From Paraspadella gotoi (lineage: Eukaryota > Animalia > Chaetognatha), in the NCBI GenBank assembly GCA_051294375.1, contig CM119266.1, positions 23,867,769-23,919,236 on the forward strand: a DNA stretch of 51,468 nucleotides. The letters are read 5' to 3'. The translations under genes and the position numbers were made by a program. Positions 44,427 to 51,468 of this stretch are shown here, piece after piece; the stretch's first letter is position 1; each line of letters opens with the position of its first letter. The notes beneath the pieces are model-generated. The model was not told the DNA's origin and made no database searches. It was given only the letters and a program-made list of their open reading frames with translations.

Positions 44427-45512
44427 GAAATAATGCCCGTAATACCCTTGATCGAGCTTATGGGATAATTACGAATACAATGTTAAACGTGAGGGAAAAA
44501 AAATCAAATCAGTCTCTAAATCCGTATTGATTTCAACTTTCAGTTTCCTTTTTACGTTTTCCTCATTTAGGCAAAGTTTGGCCCCTGTTTTTCTCACTGC
44601 GCTCACACTCCTTCCACTCCGCCTCCACTTTGTTTTCCTCCTTCAAACACACCCTCCTCCACTTCCCTCAAAACGCTCCTCGATCCGGGGCGACGCGCTT
44701 CCTTCTCCCGTTCGAGTTCGTTCAACCGAATCCAATTTTTTTTCCTCGCCGCCATTCTCCCGGACCGACAGGCCGACAGACCGACATCCACCGTCGGCCG
44801 CCGCCCTCTGCCGCAAATCGACCCGACGCTGCCGCCATCCGGCGGCAAAACCCTGACGCGGTCCTGGCTGACTCTGCTCACGCCCGCCACTGCGCTTACA
44901 CCCTGGTCGTTGCCACTCCCACTCACCCCAGTGCTCTCCTTCCGCCTCGGGGCGATTCTCAGCCCGTGTCCATCAGCCTTAGTCCGGCTTCCTTTGCCGC
45001 GCGTTTCGCCGCCGCCGACACCGCCGCTGCGCTCGCTACACCCGCCACGCCCGACGCCGGCCTCGGCCCCCGATTCGTCTCTCCGGACCGCGTAACGCTT
45101 TCTAACGGCGACAACAACAATTCGCCATCATTTTTTTATTGGCGAACTTTATGACTCGACAATTTTCATTCAAAGTCGACCGGACGGACGGAGGGACCGG
45201 TTTATTGCGGGAGGAAGAGGAGGAGCAGGGGGAGTCGGGGCGACGACGATGACGACGACGATAACGACGATGGCATGCGACTGTTGGGCTCATTTAATGA
45301 CCGTCTTTCAATGCGGATTATTTTGATGGTGAACAAATTTTAATCTCAGAAACATTACTTTCTTTATTGTTGTTTTAGATTTTATTTGTTTGTTAAAACT
45401 CGTTCGAGATTTTCTAATCTATTTTTTCATTGGAATGGAGCAAAAGAATTTGCAAATCGAAATGTGACTCACCGCGGCGCCAAAATTAGATTTACTCACC
45501 GACACTGAAACG

Positions 45513-45570
<58 letters not shown>
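44427..45570 (+). repeat. ~1.15 kb direct duplication, copy 1
   Basis: gaaataatgcccgtaatacc...gacactgaaacgtttt(ct)n is repeated at 46072-47223 after a 25-N gap. Confidence 0.95.
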
Positions 45571-45577
<7 letters not shown>

Positions 45578-45691
45578 CCTCGTTTTATCCTCTCTTTATC
45601 CGCGCAAGTTTTATTCTTGAAACAGAAATCGTTCATTTTAATTTTCGTTCTTGCGAGTGACAGAAGAAGATTTTTTCTTTTCCAAATTTGG

Positions 45692-45747
<56 letters not shown>

Positions 45748-45962
45748 GGGGGCGTTTGGAAAACTTATGCGGGGAAGTTGAAAAAGTGGAGGCCTGACTG
45801 CAGAGGGTGGAAAAGGGAACCTTGAAAAGAAGCGCATGAAAATGGAACAAAGAGACGAGAAGAAATCTCTTTGTTGGCGTCCGAGATCGCTGCCTCCAAA
45901 ACGAATTCCAGATTTCCCCCGGGAATTTTTTTTTTAGAAGCTTTTCTCTGGTTTTCGTCTTT

Positions 45963-46040
<78 letters not shown>

Positions 46041-46071
46041 TCTCTCNNNNNNNNNNNNNNNNNNNNNNNNN

Positions 46072-47176
46072 GAAATAATGCCCTGTAATACCCTTGGAAA
46101 TCGAAAGCTTAAAATGGGAATAATTACGAATACAATGTTAAACGTGAGGGAAAAAAAATCAAAATCCAGTCTCTAAATCCGTATTGATTTCAACTTTCAG
46201 TTTCCTTTTTACGTTTTCCTCATTTAGCAAAGTTTGGCCCCTGTTTTCTCACTGCGCTCACACTCCTTCCACTCCCGCCCTCCACTTTGTTTTCCTCCTT
46301 CAAACACACCCTCCTCCACTTCCCTCAAACGCTCCTCGATCCGGGGCGACGCCCGCTTCCTTCTCCCGTTCGAGTTCGTTCAACCGAATCCAATTTTTTT
46401 TCCTCGCCGCCATTCTCCCGGACCGACAGGCCGACAGACCGACATCCACCGTCGGCCGCCGCCCTCTGCCGCAAATCGACCCGACGCTGCCGCCATCCGG
46501 CGGCAAAACCCTGAACGCGGTCCTGGCTGACTCTGCTCACGCCCGCCACTGCGCTTACACCCTGGTCGTTGCCACTCCCACTCACCCCAGTGCCTCTCCT
46601 TCCGCCGTCGGGCGATTCTCAGCCCGTTCCATCGCCTTAGTCCGGCTTCCTATGCCCGCCGCGTTCGCCGCCGCCAACACCGCCCGCTACGCTCGCTACA
46701 CCCGCCACGCCCGACGCCGCCTCGGCCCCCGATTCGTCTCTCCGGACCGCGTAACGCTTTCTAACGGCGACAACAAACAATTCCGCCATCATTTTTTATT
46801 GGCGACTTTATGACTCGACAATTTTCATTCAAAGTCGACCGACGGACGGAGGGGGACCGTTTATTGCGGGGAGGAAGAGGAGGAGAAGGGGGAGTCGGGG
46901 GCGACGACGATGACGACGACGATAACGACGATGGCGATTGCGACTGTTGGGCTCATTTTAATGACCGTCTTTCAATGCGGAATTATTTTGATGGTGACAA
47001 ATTTTAATCCTCAGAAACATTATTTCTTTATTGGTTGTTTTAATTTTATTTGTTTGTTAAAAACTCGTTCGAGATTTTCTAATCTATTTTTTCATTGGAA
47101 TGGGAGCAAAAGAATTTGCAAATCGAAATGTGACTCACGCGGCGCAAAATTAGATTTACTCACCGACACTGAAACG

Positions 47177-47223
<47 letters not shown>
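46072..47223 (+). repeat. ~1.15 kb direct duplication, copy 2
   Basis: Starts immediately after the 25-N gap at 46047-46071; differs from copy 1 mainly by small indels. Confidence 0.95.
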
Positions 47224-47226
<3 letters not shown>

Positions 47227-50045
47227 TTCACTTTCTTTCTCTTTGTTTTTGTCAATGTCATTTCCCTGTTTATAGTTTTTGTTTGTCATTCAGTTGTTTC
47301 TCTTCGATATGTTCCCTTTCTTCATGTTCGTTAATGTCATTTCCATGTCATTCACTTCCCTTTTTCTTTGATTCCCTTTCCAATAGTCGCCAGCGCCGCC
47401 GGCGACTATTTCCGTCATTGACGAAAACAAAAGCAAAAGACAAAATTAAGAATATTAATGTACATATTAGTTAACAATACATTTGAACTTTCCTTATAAG
47501 TTTCTTTTCTTTTGCGACACTTTACTTCCCCCTTTCTCGTGTTGCGTTTCAATCTTTCCTCCCCCATCTGTATTTCCACTTAGTCCGGTGGGGAAAAAAA
47601 AAGAAAAGAAAAAGAAAAGAAAAAGGAAAGTAAGAAAAGTCGGTGGTCAGCGGAAGAGGGAGGACCTGGCCCCGACTGCGCATACGACGATCGCAGTAAA
47701 TAACGAGAAAGAGAGAAAATGGAACGAAAAAAGATTAGAACCGACCCNNNNNNNNNNNNNNNNNNNNNNNNNNNNNNNNNNNNNNNNNNNNNNNNNNNNN
47801 NNNNNNNNNNNNNNNNNNNNNNNNNNNNNNNNNNNNNNNNNNNNNNNNNNNNNNNNNNNNNNNNNNNNNNNNNNNNNNNNNNNNNNNNNNNNNNNNNNNN
47901 NNNNNNNNNNNNNNNNNNNNNNNNNNNNNNNNNNNNNNNNNNNNNNNNNNNNNNNNNNNNNNNNNNNNNNNNNNNNNNNNAAGAAAAACCGGAGAAGTTA
48001 AAAAGGAAGCAGCGAGTGGGTAAGGACGCCGATATTGGTAACTTACTCTGCGTGTTTCATTCTTTGTATTTTTTAAATAATCTTTTTTTTTCCTTCCCTA
48101 AGTTTAACGACGAAGATTGAGTATTGAGGTTCCATTTCGGACCCACGGATCGAATTGACGTTTTCCTCGCCCACCCTACTCCGCTTCAAAAACCACCCCA
48201 CCACCCCACCCCCCCAGCCTCTAAACAACCTCCGCCGACACCGCCGTCGGGGAGTGGAACTGCGGCCGCAATAAAATGTGCCCCCGACTGCAATAAAACG
48301 GCGAGACCCCGATGGAACCCCGACGGTTCCGAGCTCAGGCTTCTCTTTTTTTCTGGTTCTTTCTTTCTCTACTTTTTTTCTTTCTTTTTTTCTTTNNNNN
48401 NNNNNNNNNNNNNNNNNNNNNNNNNNNNNNNNNNNNNNNNNNNNNNNNNNNNTTTCTTTCTTTCTTTCTTTCTTTTTTTCTTTCTCTCTTTTAAAATTTT
48501 AATCCTATTGATAATATTCACCTAAAATCATAAATAATTTAAAGAGTTAAATGTTGATCGTATTTTACCACATTTTACCTGCTTCCCTATTTCCTTTTAC
48601 ATTTTTTTCTGGTTTTGTTTAATAGTGTTTTTTTTTCATATTCAAGCCTATTTCAGTTTGAAACATAAACAAGGTGATTTCTTAATAACCATACTAGGTT
48701 CTATATATAAATTTTGGGTAGTTCTTTTCTCTCTCCCTCGCTCTCTCTCCCGCGCGCTCTCACTTTTACTCTCACTCTCGCTCCCGCGGGTCCAAGTGGC
48801 CAATAATCATGGAATGGCCGTTAGGAACACAGTCGGATGGACAAAGATATGGGCGGGTCGCGCCCCCGCGATTCGGACGAGGATTCGTTTTCGAGGAAAG
48901 CGAACGGGGTAAGTGCCACTGCCGCCGCTGCTGCCGCCGCCGCTGAACGTGGCACCGTCTCCGCCGACGCTGGCACCGTCGCCATTGACTCCATAACCGA
49001 TACCACCGTCACCATTTTGGGCAACTGTATCCTTTTACATAAAGAGATAGTTTTGTTTAGTCAATGTAGTACCGAAAATAAATATTTTGAGTGTGCCGCC
49101 CTCCTCATTGAAAATATAAAGACTCTTTTCTTGGTTGAAAGGTTAATTTTTAGATGTACTTAGGTATTAATATATCAAGCCAAAGAAAAAATGTATATTT
49201 ATTGTCGGTAGTTGCCCGTTATCGAAATTCTTTCTTACATACAAATTTTGGATATTAATAAACAAACTATAAAAAAATTGGTAAAAGTAAATTACATAAA
49301 ACTTCAACATAATTACGAATTAAAATATTTATGAAAATGGAATTCAATGATTGAATAATTTTTTTCTTAAAATTCATTGTGTCTTTTGTTTTGGTGAACG
49401 TCGATTCAGCCGAGTTTCTTAATCCGTGAAGTCAGCGTTGTTTCCTTCACTCGTGATGAAATACATGACTAAATCACGCGGTCCTTCTTTTTTCACTTCT
49501 TCCTATTTTTCGCGCTGAAGAAGGCTCTCATCAGAGCCGAAACTTGTCTGTTATTTTTGTTTCAAATTTACCGTTGTTTTAAACAATAAAAAACGTTATC
49601 ACCAACACTTCTCAGATTTTTCGTATCTTTAATTTCGAGTCTCTTTCTCTCACTCTCCCTCTAACTTTCTAGATTTCTTCTCACTTTATAATTTTTGTCG
49701 TTCAAGTAAAACTCGACGTTCATGACTCCATTTGTTATTTAAGCTATAACCTCTTTTCCTTTCTGTTTCTTTTATTTCTTTCTTTCTTTCCATAATAGTC
49801 CATCTCTCACTTTCTTCTATCGACATCATCTTTCTATTCTCATCACCTTCCTCCTTTCCTCCTTTCCTCCCTCCTCTCGCCCCGCCTCGTTATCCGGTTA
49901 TGGCGTCGTTGCCTAAGATGTGAAAATGCAATTGCGCGTGGCGGCGGCGCTGGCGGCTTAGGCGGCGCCGGCTAGCCGCGCTCTCTCGCACGCGCGCGCC
50001 GGTTTATCGGCCGCTCGCAGGCACGCGCTCACGCACCGAGGGAAC

Positions 50046-50110
<65 letters not shown>

Positions 50111-50197
50111 TGAGGAAAGGAGGTAATTAAAGGAAAATACAGGCTCATTAAAGGAAGGAAACGGCTGAAAGTTTGAAGGTGATTGCGGGTGTTTGAC

Positions 50198-50245
50198 GGT
50201 GATTTGGCCGGTGATTCGGCCGGTGATTCGGCCTGTGATTCGGCG
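50198..50245 (+). repeat. 12-bp minisatellite x4
   Basis: ggtgatttggcc ggtgattcggcc ggtgattcggcc tgtgattcggcg. Confidence 0.9.
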
Positions 50246-51468
50246 GGTCGTTCGACAGGCTTTTAAAGCGGAAACAAGCGGAGGAAAAAGCGAAGAAACG
50301 GCGGTTAATGGCAGGTATTGGCGGGTAATGGCGGGTAATCGTCGAATAAAAACGGATATTTGACCAGTTTTTTTTTAAACAGAAGTCGGCGTTGGGAGCT
50401 CCGAATAGGGAACAGGGAAAGGACGTTAGAATGAACTTTAAATGCTATGTCCAACCAAAGAAGGAGCGAATTCTATAATAAACACTTGAGTCTAAACGGT
50501 TTCTCTGTTCTCTCTCCAAAATAGTCACAAATCCGCGACGTTCACAACTCCTCACTCAATGATCTCAACGGATCTCCTTCCCTCACGCCCTCGGCAAATT
50601 TTCAACGTGACTCATCGCCTTGACCCAAAAAAGTCCCCATTTCCGCGTCGCTTGTCCGTCGCGTCTCCTTTCCACCCAACCACCTAAAAAACCCTTACCA
50701 CCGCCCACTCCCCCACCCCACTGCGACACTCGCACTCGACGACGATGTCGAAAAAAAATTGGATGCAATTTGGCGAAGACTTAATGGTGTCGTCGATGAG
50801 GCGCCGCGGCGTCGTCTTTGCGGCGCGGCACCTCGAAACGCGAGATTCAAATTTACGGCGCCGTATTTTCATTTTCTCTCGTTGGAATCAAAGGTCGGTG
50901 GAGTCGACGAAGCCGCGAGGCGGAGAAATGGAAAGAAGGGCGAACGGGTCGAGAGATCGGGAATGAGAATGAAGGCGTCTAATTTAATGGGCGTGGATGC
51001 TTTGGTCATGGAGGTAGATGGTGTCGGTGGTACGAGTTATAACTTTATATGGCGTCCAAAAATCACATAAAGAAATCGAAAAGAAATCTCGGAAGAGAGT
51101 TATTTTACAATAGAACNNNNNNNNNNNNNNNNNNNNNNNNNNNNNNNNNNNNNNNNNNNNNNNNNNNNNNNNNNNNNNNNNNNNNNNNNNNNNNNNNNNN
51201 NNNNNNNNNNNNNNNNNNNNNNNNNNNNNNNNNNNNNNNNNNNNNNNNNNNNNNNNNNNNNNNNNNNNNNNNNNNNNNNNNNNNNNNNNNNNNNNNNNNN
51301 NNNNNNNNNNNNNNNNNNNNNNNNNNNNNNNNNNNNNNNNNNNNNNNNNNNNNNNNNNNNNNNNNNNNNNNNNNNNNNNNNNNAAAAGCGAAATGACCGG
51401 AAGAGCGAAAAACGTTATTTGTTTCCACGCGCGCCGATGCCGACGCCGCTGCCGGTGTAGCCTACGAC

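Noticed and set aside
44527-46813. 100-209 aa Pro/Arg/Ala-rich ORFs in the GC-rich duplicated block
   Set aside because: Frames are not preserved between the two copies and there is no recognisable domain or hexapeptide.

Overview
Animal (most likely spiralian) genomic DNA, AT-rich with CpG-rich islands and many (GA)n, (TTA)n, (GAT)n and (GAAA)n microsatellites, from a gapped draft assembly. Only one protein-coding segment is well supported: the terminal, homeobox-containing exon of a divergent central-class Hox gene (Lox2-like, Ubx/abd-A/Lox2/Lox4 group) on the minus strand at 42847-43353, cut off at its 5' side by an N gap. A full-length U1 snRNA gene with compensatory stem changes lies at 24525-24686. 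About 16 kb of the window is duplicated sequence next to four gaps of exactly 25 N (one ~4 kb inverted duplication, one ~5 kb triple tandem repeat, one ~1.1 kb direct duplication). These most likely come from long-read gap filling rather than biology. The inverted duplication is still informative: it shows both filled and empty states of a 285-bp TG...CA element with a TTAA target-site duplication and an internal tRNA-like Pol III promoter, which is the most unusual object here. Other points of interest are a nested double hairpin with a degenerate hammerhead core (Penelope-like) and repeated clusters of Hox/Cdx-type binding motifs. Nearly all ORFs in the supplied track are microsatellite or gap artefacts. 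I found no convincing multi-gene novel system.
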